The notes beneath the pieces were generated by a model. The model was not told the origin of the DNA. It worked only from the letters and a program-made list of their open reading frames with translations, and searched no databases. Shown piece after piece: positions 26,458 to 40,625 of a stretch of DNA of 64,000 nt; positions within the stretch are counted from its first letter, which is position 1; each line of letters opens with the position of its first letter. Source of the stretch: the human T2T-CHM13v2.0 reference genome, Homo sapiens. Where the stretch lies: the NCBI RefSeq assembly GCF_009914755.1, contig NC_060928.1; one strand, written 5' to 3'. The position numbers and the translations under genes are program-made.

Positions 26458-27703
26458 GACTTTTTTTCACTTAGCATAATCATTTTTAAACTTGTCCATA
26501 TTGGGTATATCAGAAGATTACTTCTTTGTATTACTGACTAGCATTCCGTAATATGGATATACCACAATTTATTTATGCATTTACCTGTTAATGGACACTT
26601 GTATTGTTTACAATTTTTGACTATTACAATTAAAGCTGTTCTGAACATTCATGTACAACTTTTATATAGACAGATGTTTCATTTCTCTTAAATAAATACC
26701 TGATGATAAAATGTCTGGGTTATGTGCTAGATATATGTTTGACTTGAACATTTTAAGAACTGCCAAACTGTTTTTAAGAGAGACTGCGCCACTTTACATT
26801 CCCACCAATCATGTATAAGAATTCCAGTTGTCCTATATCCTTGCCCACTACTGAGAGTCAGTCTTTTTAATTTTCCATATTCTAATATGTGTGTAGTAGT
26901 GTCTCACTATGGCTTTAATTAGCAATACTATAAAGACTAATAATATAATTAATTATTTAACCTGGGTTGTTAATTTCCGTATCATCGAGTTTTGAGGATT
27001 CTTTATACTATTTGTGCATATTTTCTTCCACTGTGTGATTTGTCTTTTTCATTTTTTAACAATGTCATTCAAAGAGTTCTTCATTTGGGTAAAGCTCAAT
27101 CTATCATTTCTTTTCTTTTATAGATTATGCTCTTACAGTTGAATCTTTAAAAAATAGCCTAAACCAAGGTCGCAAATATTTTTCCTTTGTTTGCTTCTAA
27201 GAACTTTATTTTTTAAAAAACTTTTATGTTTAGGTTGTTCACTCATCTTGAATACATTTGTATTAGTTGTAATAAGATATGAATCAAGGTTCCTATTTTC
27301 ACATATGGCTAACCAATTGTCCTAACACAATTTTTGAGAAAGGTTATCCTTTCCCCATTCAATTGCCTTGTCACCTTTCTCAAAAATCAATTAGGCATAT
27401 ATGTGTGAGTCTATTCATTGACCAATTGATTTATTTTGCCATCTTTGTGCCAATAGTACGCTGTCTTTATTAGTTTCTTTATGATAAATCTCAAAATTAG
27501 GTTTTAAGCCTCCAAATTTATTTTTTAAGGTCCTTATGGATTTTATACATTAAATTTATTTCTGCAAGAATTTTTAATCAGAATGTTGATTTCTATAAAA
27601 ATAAAAGCAGTTCATATTTTTAAAAGGTGGCTGGAGATCACATTTAACCTATAGATTCAAAATTCTGAACAAGAATTTATGTACTTGTATTGTTTTAAAC
27701 TTT

Positions 27704-28066
27704 TGCAATGAACTGAATATTTGTGCTACTTCAAAATCCATATATTGAAGTCCTAATCCTCAATATAATGGTATCTGGAAGTAGGATCAGGCCTTCAAGA
27801 GGTCATTAGGTTTAGAAGAGGTCATGAAGGCAGAGCCATCATGATGGATTAATGACCTTATAAAAAAAGGAACAGACCAGAGCCCTCTTTCTCTTCCCAG
27901 TGTGAGAATACAGCAAGAATGTGGCTGTCTGCAAATCATAGAGGGTCAGCAAACCAGGAACCAAATCAGCTAGCACCTTGGTGTTGGACTTCACAGCCTC
28001 CAGAACTGTAATAAATAGCTGCCTAGTCTATGATATTTGTTATAGTAGCCTGCACTGACTAAGGCA
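27704..28066 (+). mobile_element. MLT1A solo LTR
   Basis: tgcaatgaactgaat..caaaatccatatattgaagtcctaa..ttggacttcacagcctccagaactgt..tgactaaggca. Confidence 0.85.
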
Positions 28067-28092
28067 TCTCTCTCTCTCTCTCTCTCTCTCTC
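28067..28092 (+). repeat. (TC)13 microsatellite
   Basis: Directly visible. Confidence 0.97.
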
Positions 28093-29614
28093 GGTAATGT
28101 TTTATGGTTTTCAATTTACAGGTCTTGCATATTTTTGACAAGTTTATCATTAATGATTTCAAAATTTTATGCTATTTTAAATAGTACTTAAAATTTTAAT
28201 TTCAGATTACTTATAGCATATAGCAAAATATTTTTAAAATATATTAATCTTGTATCATGCAAACTTGCTAATCTCACTACTATTTTTATAGATTCATTAG
28301 TATTTTCTACATAAACAATCAGATTATCTATAAATATAGCTTTACTTGGTCATTTACAATATGGACGTTTTTACATATTTTTATTGCCTTATGGCCCCAA
28401 ATAAAATCTCTAGTACAATGTTGAATAGAAATAGTAATAGACATTTTTGTTTTGTTCCTGGTAAAGTTTTCAGTCTTTTCTCATTAAGGTTGAGACAGTT
28501 TCTTAGATTTCTTGTTTGTGGAAAGAGAGTCGTGTCAAATATGTTTTCTGTCTCAAATGAGATGATTGTATTTTGAGGGGGATTGAGGTTTGTGAACACA
28601 GTGAATGGATTACAGTGATTAATTATTAAATAGTAAATAAAATTTGTATTCCTGTAATAAGTCCCACCCAATCATCATGTTTTATCCTTTTTATAAACCA
28701 TTGTGATAGATTTGTAAAATATTAAGACCTTTACTATCTGTTTTTGTGAGGTGTGTGGGTCCATGGCTTTCTTTCATTGTAATGTCTTTTTTTGATATCA
28801 GAGAAATGCTGAGCTCATGGAATGAGCTATGAAGTATTCTCTCTTCATAAATTTTCTGGAACAATTGGTATAGAGTTGGTATTATTTCTTCCTTAAATAT
28901 TTGGTAGAATTAATAAATGAAGCCATCCAGACTTTTAGTTTCCTTTGTGATAAAGTTTTTAAATACAAATTCAATACCTAAATGTAAGGTCGTTTAGCTT
29001 AACTATTTAATCCTCATAAGCTTTGATAGTGCATGTCTATCAGTGAATTTCATCTAAGTAGTCAAATTTATTGTCATTAAGTTGTTTATAATGTTTCCTT
29101 GTTACTATTTAAACATCTATAAGATCTATAGTTATGTCACCTCTGACATTCCTGATATTGATTTTTACTTTATTTCTGGCCTTTCTGGCTGGACATTTAT
29201 CAACTTCGTTGATGTTCTCAAAGGACCAGCTTTTTGTTTCATTGATTTTCTCTATTGTTTTACTGTGCTCTATTTTATTGATTTGCCCTATTTATTATTT
29301 ACTCTCATGCTTACTTTGGATTTACTTTGATCTTCTTTTTCTGTTATTTTAAGATGAAAGCTGAATTCATTGATTTCAAATCTTTCTTCTTTTCTAATAT
29401 AGGCATTTAGTTCTATAAATTTCTCTTTAAGAAGTGCTTTATCTGCATCCTACAAATTATTATATATTGTATTTTCATATTCTTCTAGATTACTTTCTAA
29501 TTTCTGTTCCAATTTCTTCTTTGACTCATGTATTATTTGGAAGTGCCTTCTTTCATTTCCAAATATTTAGAAATTCTCTATACATCTTTTAAATTGATTT
29601 TTAGTTGAATTTTA

Positions 29615-29677
29615 TTGTTGTTGTTTTAAGCCACTAAGTTTTTGGTGTTTTATGTAGCAATTAGATAATTGATAATA
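29615..29677 (+). mobile_element. MLT1G/H LTR, 3' remainder
   Basis: ttgttgttttaagccactaagttt..gtagcaattagataattga is the MLT1 3' terminus missing at 25395. Confidence 0.75.
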
Positions 29678-30419
29678 AATTGTCAGAAATATCTGAGTAA
29701 AGTGAGATACTGTATCAATCTGGGATTTGCAAAGAAGATAGGAAGACATTTAATACAATAAATTACATACATACTAAAACATTAGAAAGACTAGGAAAAC
29801 AAAGGTCAGAAAAGGCATCACTAACTTCCAGGAAATCTGGAAATGGCAGGCAATGGCAAAGGAAATTATAAGAGTTTCAGAACACCACTGCAGACATGTC
29901 AGCTGCTTGCAGCACTGAAGCAAGTGATTGACAAAACATGTGAAGGCACTGGAAAAAACATCAGGTCTGTCTTTTGCCTGTACATTGGCTTACTGCTGCC
30001 AGAGCAAAATGGCTTTGATTCTACTTCACCTTCCAAATATTGTATGGTACCTTTCAGGGGTAGAATCTAAACAGAAAATAAATTCTTGGAAAAGTATCTT
30101 CCAGGCTTTCTGGATTCTGGAAAGACAAAAGGATAAGATAATTATTAAGCCCCAGTTGGCTAAATCCTAAAGCAAGATAAAGATTCACTATCTCTTGTCT
30201 TGTCAAAAATTTTCCTCCTGAGCCATTCTAGGGTGGTGCCCATCGCTGCTGAGAATGACCAGACCACAGCTGATAGAACATTTACAAACCACAGTTTTGT
30301 CTTCTCATGTCCCCCAGAGTACATCAGAGCATGTGTCCCAATCGAATTCCCTTCCTGGTGAATGTATATGCAAACCACATGCTGTGCAAGGACATATAGC
30401 ATTCCGTATTTCAGAAAAC

Positions 30420-30616
30420 AATAATACAATCAATGATAAGGCACTTCCATACATGTCACCTCCTTTGACTCTTACAATAATTATCAGTTTTGGTAAAAAA
30501 AAAAAAACATTATTACTCCAAATTTGGAAACAGAGACTCAAAGAGATTAAGTAACATTCTAAAAGTCATGTGGCTAATGATTATCAGGAGGACAGATAGA
30601 TATCAGATCTAATGCT
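30420..30616 (-). mobile_element. MIR
   Basis: ggaaacagagactcaaagagattaagtaac..aagtcatgtggctaat. Confidence 0.65.
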
Positions 30617-30849
30617 AATCCAGTGCACGTGTTATTTTCAACTTTCTGATTGCATATGTAAGGGAGTAGGATTAAATGGTAAAAGGTCAACTTCTAGTAT
30701 TATATAATTTCATAATTTCCAGCAATAAGGCAACTGAGTGATACTGCTGAATGGGTGGTAATTGCCAGTCAGAGTGAATTGTGTTATTAGGTTACATGGG
30801 AGCTGCTCCCGTAACCAATATCATATAATTTAACTATTAAAGATTGTTT

Positions 30850-31018
30850 ATACAAATATTAGCCAGGCATTGTGGCTCACGCCTGTACTCCCAGCTACAT
30901 GGGAGGCTGAAGCACAAGAATTGCTTGAAACTGGGAAGTGGAGATCGCGCCACTGCACTCCCGCCTGGGTGACAGAGCGAGACACTGTCTCAAAAAAATA
31001 AATAAATAAATAAATAAA
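30850..31018 (+). mobile_element. 5'-truncated Alu (right arm) with 16-bp internal deletion and (AAAT)n tail
   Basis: tacaaatattagccaggc..ctgggaagtggag|atcgcgccactgcactcc..gtctcaaaa(aaat)n. Confidence 0.9.
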
Positions 31019-32739
31019 AGATTTGTATCATTGTTTACAGTGATATATCAGAAATATTCTACCACTCCCACAGTAGGCAATAATTTAGGCAGCACATTGA
31101 TTTCAATGAAATTTTAACTTCTTCTTACCTTTACCATATTAGTATTGAGTTATATGTCTCCCATTGATAAAATGTACGATTCTATTACTTTTTTTTGAAG
31201 ATTTAAAATGTCGCCAGATTATAGCTTTCAATGTATTTTTCCTTAGAGATGACTAACATAGCTGATTCCCCTCTAAAAATAAAGTGAATTTAAGTCATAC
31301 TTTACAGCTGATAAAGTAAAAAGAAAAAAGTAATCAAGTGAAGCACTCTGAATTTAAGAGCAGTTTTAATGCAGTTCTGGTAATTCTGGGAGCTAAATTT
31401 ATTTCTGAAATTGTTAGCTTAAAAAAGTCTTTACTTAGCCCAGGTTATCTAGAAAAGAATATCATTATAGGATTAGGAGTTAGGTTAAACACTCCCTATT
31501 GAAGGATTTTTTTCTTATGGTAACAAATAGTATGTTGTATTCTAAATGAAAAATAAAATGTGATGCCTTTGGTAAATGACTTAGTATCTGAAAATGAGTT
31601 TGAAATTAAATAATAAAAGATAAGTAGAATGATAATCTGTAATAATTAGATTCTTTTATAGAAACACACATTTTAAAGATTTCGCTATTAAAAATGGCCT
31701 CACATGTTAAGGCATAAAAAGATTAGCTTTATAAGACAAAAGTATCAAATCTTTCAACCAATTCTTTTTAGAAATCTAACATGGAAGTCATTATAAATAG
31801 TTATTCAGACTTTTTATTCTTATTTTCTGTGCAGTTAGGCTTGTGGCACATGCTACTTTTGGCAAAGTTTTTGGTCCTGAACCTTGGATTTGGGCCCTTA
31901 AATTTGTAATGACAGATAATGATCAAGTTAGGGTGCATAAATCTAGGTTTTAGAGATGATGCCAGCTCCTGTCATTACAAGAATTTCTACAAATTCTCAA
32001 GATACATGTAATTGAAGTTATTAATAGCTTCAAGCTGAAGTTGAGCTGACCTTCCAGGAGCCACCTCTTCTTTGTAAAAGATACAAGACCAAGCTCCTAT
32101 GACTTTTTAACTACAAAGATCTGCTTTTCATTTATAATATAAAGGCATTGTTCTATAAGTATTTTTAAGAGTTCTTAACCTCAGTCAATGCTACAAAATA
32201 TCTGTATTACGGTAAGAATAATGAGATTTTATAGGGGATTTTCTCATAGAATTTGCTTATAATACTGTGGAACTAAAAGGAATTTTGCAGAGTTTTTGCT
32301 CTGCTTCCTTCATTTGTTTGATTTTTAGTTTTCTAAAAGAAAGTAGTTTGAATGCCCAGGACAATTACATATAGACACTCACATACAAAATATTGCACAA
32401 TTTCAAGTATTCATAGACCTCCCTTGAAAGTTAAGATTGGCCTGTGGATTCCAGGTAATGACTCTACTAGAGGTACTTCCAAATATACTGCTACCTATCA
32501 GAGCTGAACACAGGAAAATTTTTGGTTTCCCAGAAATTTACCTTTTTATATTTATCCTCGTTTTTCCCTTGCCATACTTTTCTCAATACTAATTTGGGTT
32601 ATGGCACTGTATATGTGAACAATATCCTAAATCCTTCTTAAAAATAATTTTCTTAAATTTCATTTTAAATTAGGAGTTTCTTTGGTACAATTAAGGAAAA
32701 TACGTCAATTGATTAATTTTTTGAAGTAGCAAATGTAGT

Positions 32740-33100
32740 GGTGGCATGTAGCAGTAGAAAATATATAGGTTTTAGCATAAATCAGATCTGATTTCAAATA
32801 CTGTCTCTGTTACTTTCAAACATCTTTAGAAAATGTAGTAATCTCTGCAGTCAGTTTCTTAACCTCTAAATTGTGAAAATGACTTTACTAAATGTCTCTT
32901 ATTTGCCATACATCATGCTAAGTTATTTGTATAAGATATGCATTGTCTAGTTCCTTTGAAAATCTATGAAAAGTTATTATTTATATCTTGCAGCTGTGAA
33001 TATTGAAGCTCAGAATCATTAGTAAGCTTGCCCAAGATTAATACAGCTAATACTTGGTAGAGTAGAGATGGAAATCCAGGTCCAATTTAACTACAAAACT
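32740..33100. mobile_element. Two MIRs in opposite orientation (+ ~32740-32885, - ~32890-33100)
   Basis: cagatctgatttcaaatact..tcagtttctt, then gaagctcaga..gcttgcccaagatt..cagcta. Confidence 0.6.
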
Positions 33101-33329
33101 TCAAAATATACTGACTTGTGAATATTAAACATGTGAAAATCCAACTACAGTAATAGAATATATTAAAAATAATGAGCAAAACCCATAGCTAAGAAATTTA
33201 AGTTGTAAGTTCATAGAATCTCTGCTTTTAAGGTCAACCCTTTCTGATACTATTGCCACCACCACACTGCATTGATATAAGATGAAGATTAAGAGACAAA
33301 CATTGTAGAAAATGTTATGAAAAAGGAAA

Positions 33330-33349
33330 ACACACACACACACACACAC
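33330..33349 (+). repeat. (AC)10 microsatellite
   Basis: Directly visible. Confidence 0.97.
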
Positions 33350-35556
33350 CCCACATTCCATCTGCCGGTCTCCCTTTTTGGTAGGTGGCATGCTTTTCTT
33401 CTGAAAACCAATGTAGGAAGCCCAAGGAGAATGCCTTATAAGTGTGGAGTGCCTGTTAAATGAAGGAACTAAATTTGTTTCTTGGTTAGACGTCTATTTA
33501 GCCATCAGACTTCCTGCTCTCTGTGCTACCAAAGCTTTGGTAAAGAAAATTAGAGATGGAGGTTTTGTTATGATTTTCAGGCTGAGAGAAGAAAGAGATA
33601 AAGACAGTACCCTCTCAATGTTTGTTCCTGCAGCATCTGGTCTGGGACCTCACCAAATGGCTGGATAATAGGCAAAGCCATGGTTTTACAGGGGACCATA
33701 GGAGTGTGGGTCACAGATGTACATTTTTCAGAGGAATGCAATACAAGGCTGCCAGATAGGCTGATGTATGTGGTTTTATTTCACTAGAGAGCACCAATGT
33801 GCAGGTGAGCTGTGTGGGAGTGAGTCTTTCATGTACAGAGCCCTATAAGTCAATATCAAGTCCATAGAAAGTAGGCAGGTTGAGGAGTTTGCCAAATTAA
33901 AGAGAGGACAGGTTTTGCCATGGGCCATCATCTAAGAAGCCTGTCTCCCATACCCCTCCACCCAACTCCCACTTTTCTAGAAAGACACACACTAGGGAAA
34001 ATGTAAGTTACTGATTTGGAAACCAGAACATTCACTCTTTCATCCCCTACCCCCACCACATACACATTTTCAAACCTCCACGCCACTAGAGTTTAACTTC
34101 CTGGAGCCTGGGGGGTAGGAAAACAATAGTGATTGTTTTAATAATAAATAGTGTTTTAATAATAAAAAGTGATAATAAAAAGCTCCATGAGCTTCAGCCA
34201 TGGGGTAGGAGTTTTACACAATTATTTTAGTTTCAGTCATGGGGTCGGACTTCCAGATAGATGTGTTCCCCAAGTTTTTCAGTGATAAACCTGTAAGCAG
34301 TCGAAAGAATACACAATTAGTGCAGTCTTTAGAAAAAATAAAACCATTGTATATTTACATGTTAGTGTTGATGCTCCTCAATAAATTAACTACAAATTAG
34401 TTGATGTACATGAAGTGTTTGGGTGGTTGTCGTAATTAAATCTGAGTTGGTAACTAGCCACATATTCTTATTCCATTTCAATTTCTACTTAGGTCTCAGA
34501 ACATAATTTGTTATGGAAACAAATAATTCTTCACATACAGAGTATGTGGAAAGTAATGAATTGACCTGTTGGTCAAGGTCCTGACTTGTTAAAAAACCAA
34601 CCATTCAGAATGGTTGGTCGATCAGAGTCAAATGTCCTGACTTACAGGTATAGGTTCTCTAGTGGTCCTTCAACTATTTACAAAGGCAGAGAAGGTTTTG
34701 TAAAATATTTTTCTTTGGCATAGGCTGATCTCAAAAGACCATTTAAAAAAAGAAGTTATCAATCCTTTGATAAACTGCTGCATAGCTGAGCCAGAGGAAT
34801 AAAAGTTGTTAGTATTTGATGATCTGAAAGGAGCTTGAGGGTAGGAAAATATTTCTAGCCTGGCAATATTAAAAAAACACTCAGTAATTTGAAAATTTCT
34901 ATCACTGCCTCAAGCAACTTTAGACTCTCAAATGTATAATAAATATGTTTATTTCTGGGTTTAGAACAGATTATACAATAAATATTGGTAAGAACAAAGT
35001 ATAAAAATCTCATTTGTAACTGAATAATTATAGAACCAATTTATGTGTCTTGGGTGAAAGTACGTCTAAAGAAACACCCTACTCTTTCACATGTCAAATT
35101 TTAATGTTATTTTAGAATCATGTACGTAATAAATACAGTACATGAAGTAGTCTTTTGTACTTGGGGATTAGGACTATCCTAATGTTTTTGAAATCTTTAT
35201 AGCATAAAAAGTAGACATTTTATATTTGCTTACTCAAGTAAGAAAAGTCTTACTCTAAGCAGTGGATTTTTTTCTTGCAGTGGCACATTCTGCCATGTAT
35301 GCATTTTTAATTTTTTTTTACAGAAACATAGTTTACCATGCTTAAAAATTATTATATCTAATATAAACAATTGTCAGATATGGTATTTAAATATAAATGT
35401 TGAAGAGGGATTTGGAAGCATAAAGGAAGAGAAAGATAAACAGGCCTATTAGTTGCCATATTGTAAAAAAAAAAACTCATATAGCTATTGTAACAGATTT
35501 TTAGGCTTAATGTTTTTCCTTTAGTATGATGAACTTCTCTTTAACGTGTATCTTAC

Positions 35557-35639
35557 CTTTTTTTTTTAGCTTGAGTGGAGACAAGGCCTTTGTGGGCACA
35601 GCGCTAACCGCAGAAACTAGTTTGCCCAATGCGTACAGT
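35557..35639 (-). other. Candidate 83-bp exon (unverified)
   Basis: Minus-strand acceptor ttttcctgttttttcttccccatgctccAG and donor AAG|GTAAGA. One frame is open and three CpGs are retained. Confidence 0.35.
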
Positions 35640-36549
35640 CTGGAGCATGGGGAAGAAAAAACAGGAAAACTAATACTGTTTTGTGAATCTTCATGTAAAA
35701 CTCTGACTTTTAAATTATTTTCATAAGATGAAATATTTGAATGGTCAGGAGGCAAAGAGGTTAAAAGATTAATTGTGAGGCGACTATGAGCTAGGACATA
35801 TTCCCAACTGAAACCAAGAAAGACATAAAAACTAATAGTAAAACATGGCTTTTACTGTCAAAAATAAAGCAGAAGTTTCTTTCACGGATTCATTATATTG
35901 TGGGGCCCTAAACACACTCATAAAGTTGATCTATAATCGAATATTCAAACAGTTTCTTAACTGCTATCCTACCATCTAGAAATTAGTAAGAAATGAATAA
36001 AATAATTTATTATTAAAATTAAAAGCAACATCAGGAATGGCATGCTGGCAGGTAAAACGGCACCCAAGGAATATTTCAGAGTCAGCTCTGTACCAATAAA
36101 AGTATAATATTTGGTAAGAATTCTGATGATTAACCATATTATGGCATACATTTTCTTTCTCTTATAACCTTCTAATTTTTACTACTTCTCTAGAGATAAA
36201 GTGAAAGCTACTAGAATAATAATACTGACAAACTAAGATTGAATCCCATCAGGCAAATAATAAGTAATAGTTGATGGAGACACTGATGGGAACATAAAGA
36301 AAGCTTTTAGCAGAATAACGATGAACACTGGTTTTTTGTTTTAGAAATTATATAATAAGAACCATTTGATCATGATGATTCCACATGTGCCCAAGCTTCA
36401 TTAAAACACTCTGTGAAAATGAGGTGATTTTAAAGACAAATAAGATTGTGATTAATAATTGTTCACATCCTTTTATTTTTTACATGGCTATTTCAACCCA
36501 AAACATTTGTTGTAATGCCCAGGTGGCATTAACTTGTATGGAACACTGT

Positions 36550-37580
36550 GCAATTCATTTATACATCCTTTCAATTAATATTTGTCATAAGCCTAAATGT
36601 GCAAGTTGCTAGGGTGCAAAATGAACTAAATAAATTCTTTGTTTAGTGAAGTTTACAGTCTAGTGGAGGTAAAGATCTCAAAACAAATTTTAAGAAATAT
36701 ATAACATATCAAATAATAAGTACAATCCAAGGAATAACAAAGCAGGATAAGGCTTCGAGATTGGTGACAGTGGAGGGGTGCTATTTCATGTAGAATGATC
36801 TGGGAAGTTCTCTTTGATATTATGACATTTGAGAAGAGACCCAAAGGAAGTGAGGACGTAAGCCAGTGGATATTTGGGTTACAGCATGATGGACAGAGAG
36901 GAAGAGGAAGTTCAAGGTCTTGAGACAAGAGCATACTTGGCCTGTTGGAGTGACAAGAGGCCAGTGTAGCTGGAGCTGAGTAAGGGGGCAATGTAGAAAA
37001 TGAATTCAGAGCAGTGAGGAGGGAAGAGCCTATTAAGAGGGAATGTGTAAGCCTCTGCAGGGAACTTGTCTTTTCCTGTTGAAGAGACAGTAAGCATTGG
37101 ATGGTTTTGCAGAGAAGAGTGATGGGATCTACCACTTCTTAGAAGGATTACTCTAGCTGCTGGGCTGAGAATAAACAATATTTGCTCAAAGATAAAAGGT
37201 AAAAGACCCATGAATAGACTATTGCAACAGTCTCAGCAAGAAAAGACGGTGATTTGTTCATGGTGTGTAGTTGTAGCAGTGGAGGTAGAGAGAAGTGATA
37301 AAATATTGAATAGGTTTCCAAGGGTGAGCTGATAAAATATGCTGATAGATTAAATCAGCATATTTAATGCTAGCATGTAAATGACAGAGAAGATCAAGGA
37401 TGAGTCTGAGACTTTTTGCCCAAAAACTGGAAGGATGAAATAGCCTTTCACTAAGATAGAAAAAGAGGATCAGCCTTTAGGGGTAGAACTGGAGATCAAA
37501 CAGTTAGAATTTGGGCTTTTTAGGTTTGACATGCCTATTTAACATCCAAGAGAAAATGTAAATTAGACAGTGAAGTATAA
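36550..37580 (-). mobile_element. L2 (L2a-like) 3' ~1 kb
   Basis: gtttacagtctagtgg..tgacatttgag..gaggccagtgtagctggagc..aaggattactctagctgctg..gtttgacatgcctatt. Confidence 0.85.
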
Positions 37581-40500
37581 TGTAGAAACTAAATAGCAAT
37601 AATGTAGAACACATTGTCAATTGATTATAGTTTACTTGAGAAGTTAAAAGTAAAAGCACAGGAAGGAATTCAGAAACACTACAATGCAATTAAAATGTAT
37701 AATGAAATTAAATATGTAAGTGTTCAAAGAACTCTCTTAACTTCAATATACCTTCAAAATATCCCCCAAAAAATTAACGCTTAATTTGTATTTACAAAAA
37801 GAGCTCCATGGCTTGTAAGAGAAATCTGTATTACAAAAATGTGAAAATTAGCCTCCCAAAATTACGGAGGTTAAAGATTTCTGCTTAAAAATAAAAATGA
37901 AAATCGTATACCTTGCCTTGAAATCATTAGTTCACCAGCTTTTCTAACTTCTTATTTTCTTAAAAAGAGCTTACTTAAATGAATATGCTGCTTTGTAAGT
38001 TAATAGGGCATAAACCAAATTAAATCACCATGTCGGAAATTGTTCCCCTGTTTTAGCACACGCATAGGATTTTACCTGAAAATTTCCAGAATGTCAGATA
38101 GTCAGCTATACAAAATCCAACTGAGGGCAATTAAAGGAAAATATTTTTCTTTCCAACTTGAAAGAAACTAGTGTTAGAACAACCATGAAAGCCTGTTCAA
38201 AGTAATATTGAGCAATATTTGTAGAAAAGGGATACCAATTTTTTCCTTAAAATAAATATGGTAAAATAATTATGAGGATATCTGAGATGACTTTGCTACT
38301 GAAAAGGAAGAGGAATTTAAGAAAGAAGTATCAAGTTGCTGGGCCTTCGGACAAATAATCAGTTACAACAGAAAGTGCCAAGAACATGGAAACATGATTT
38401 TTTTAAATGAAGAATTGTATTTGGAGATAGGGTTAGAAAAAACAGATTAAAAATGGGGGTTAACTGCTTCCCAATGACTCTCCAAGGAGACAACCACCAT
38501 CCCCAGCTACACAGCTTTCAGAGAGATTCTACCTTCTCTTAAGTAGTCCAGTGCAATTGCCGATACTGGTTTAACTACAGAAACTAATGTAAGTAATTGT
38601 AAGTGTGGTTCTCATTCACACTTGTATATATACATATGTTCCTTTCAGGGCTGCCTATAACTTACTTTCAGAAAGTCTTAGAAAGCAGGATAACACTAAC
38701 TGGAAACAAATCTGTATTTATGGACATAAAATGTGACTCACCCTCTGCTCAGAGAAGCAAATCCCAACATGTTATACATAATGATTCATTTTAGGGCTCC
38801 CTTTACATAAATATCACCATATACTACTGGAACATAAGCATCTATTGAATCAGATGAACATAAATCTAAAATTATTTTGAATAGCCTAGTAAAATCTCTT
38901 TGTTTTATAGTCTATAAATGTCCCATTAATTACCAGGAAGGAATAGATGTATCTTTATGTATCTAGTAGATGAATATAATTAGCAAATTCTTGAGACCTG
39001 CAAAAAATGCTCTTGGAAAAATCTTCAAAAGTTACTGTTATGAGGGAATAAATGCCTGTACCCTTCCCATCACATCTTTATCAGGAACTAATCTAAGCAG
39101 AGTTGGGTACAATTTCAGTTGAAAATGGGAATATATATGATTTCTTATAATTATTTTATGACTTTACCTTGAGTTTGAGACATTTTTTTCTTGGCCCATT
39201 TTTATTTTTAATTTCTTAATTTTTAACTTTTGTTGGTACATAATAGGTGTATTATTTATGGGACACATAAGATATTTTGATACAAGTATACAATTCATCA
39301 ATAATAAGATTAGGGTAAATAGGGTATCTGTCATCTCAAGCATGTATCCTTTTGTGTTACGAACAATCCAGTTATACTCTTTTAGTTATTTTTAAATGCA
39401 CATAAATTATTGTTGACTGTAGTCACCCTGCTGAGCTATCAAATACTAGATCTTATTTATTCTATCTGTATATTTGTACCCATGAACTAGCCCCCAATTT
39501 TCCCCATCCCTGCCCCCGCTATCCTTCCCAGCCTCTGGTAACCATCATTCTACTCTCTATCTCCATGAATTCAATTTTGTAAAATTATAGCTACCACAGA
39601 TAAGCGAGAATATGCAAAGTTTATCTTTCTATGCCTGGCTTATTTCACTTAAGAAAATGACTTCTATTTACATCTATGTTGTTGAAAATCACAGGATCTT
39701 ATTCTTTTTTTGTGGCTGAATAGTTCTCAATTGCATATATGTATCAATTTCCTTTATCCATTCTTCAATTGATGGACATGTGGGTTGCTTTCAAATGTTG
39801 GCTATTGTGAATAGTGCTACAATAAACATGAGACTGAAGATATCTCTTTGATACACTGATTTCATTTCTTTTGTGTATTTATCTCTCAGTGAGATTGCTC
39901 GATCATATGGTAACTCTACTTTTAGTTTTTAGGGGAATCTCCAAACAGTTCTCCATAGTGGTTATAATAATTTATATTCCCACCAACAGTGTATGAGGGT
40001 TCCCTTTTCTCTGCATCATCGCTAGCATTCATTATTGCCTGTCTTCTAGATAACAGCCATTTTAACTGGGGTGGGGTGATATCTTACTGTAGTTTTAATT
40101 TGCATTTCTCTGATGATCAGTGATGTTGGGCACCTGTTTGTCATTTGTATGTTTTCTTTTGAGAAATGTCTATTCAGGTTTTTGCCCATTTTAAAATCAT
40201 ATTATTACATATTTTTCCTGTAGAATTGTTTGAGCTGCTATATATTTTGGTTAGTAAGCCCTTGTCAGATGGGTAGTTTGCAAATATTTCCCCCTAGTCT
40301 GTAGGTTGTCTCTTCACTTTGTTTATTGTTTCCTTTGCTGTGCAGAAGCTTTTCAACTCGATGTGATTCCATTTGTCCATTTTTGCTTTGGTTGCCTATG
40401 TTGTGGGATATTAGTCAAGAAATTTTTGCAGATTCCAATATCCTAGCGAATGTACCTAATGTTTTCTTTAAGTAGTTTCATACTTTGAGATATTATATTT

Positions 40501-40625
40501 CAGTCTTGAATTTATTTTTATTTAATTTTTGTATATGGTGCAAGATAGGGGTCTAGTTTTTTTCTTCTGCATATGCATAGCCAGTTTTCCCAGCATTTTA
40601 ACCATTTATTGAAGAGATTGTCCTT

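Larger units (their letters stand above)
25396..29614 (-). mobile_element. Old L1 (L1MD/MB-like), ~4.2 kb including nested inserts
   Basis: 3' end agctttattgaggtataat..aaccactgatctgttttctg..tatag, followed by degenerate antisense ORF2. Confidence 0.8.

Noticed and set aside
36653-37135. 160-aa ORF
   Set aside because: Lies within a degenerate L2 element, with no sign of an independent gene.
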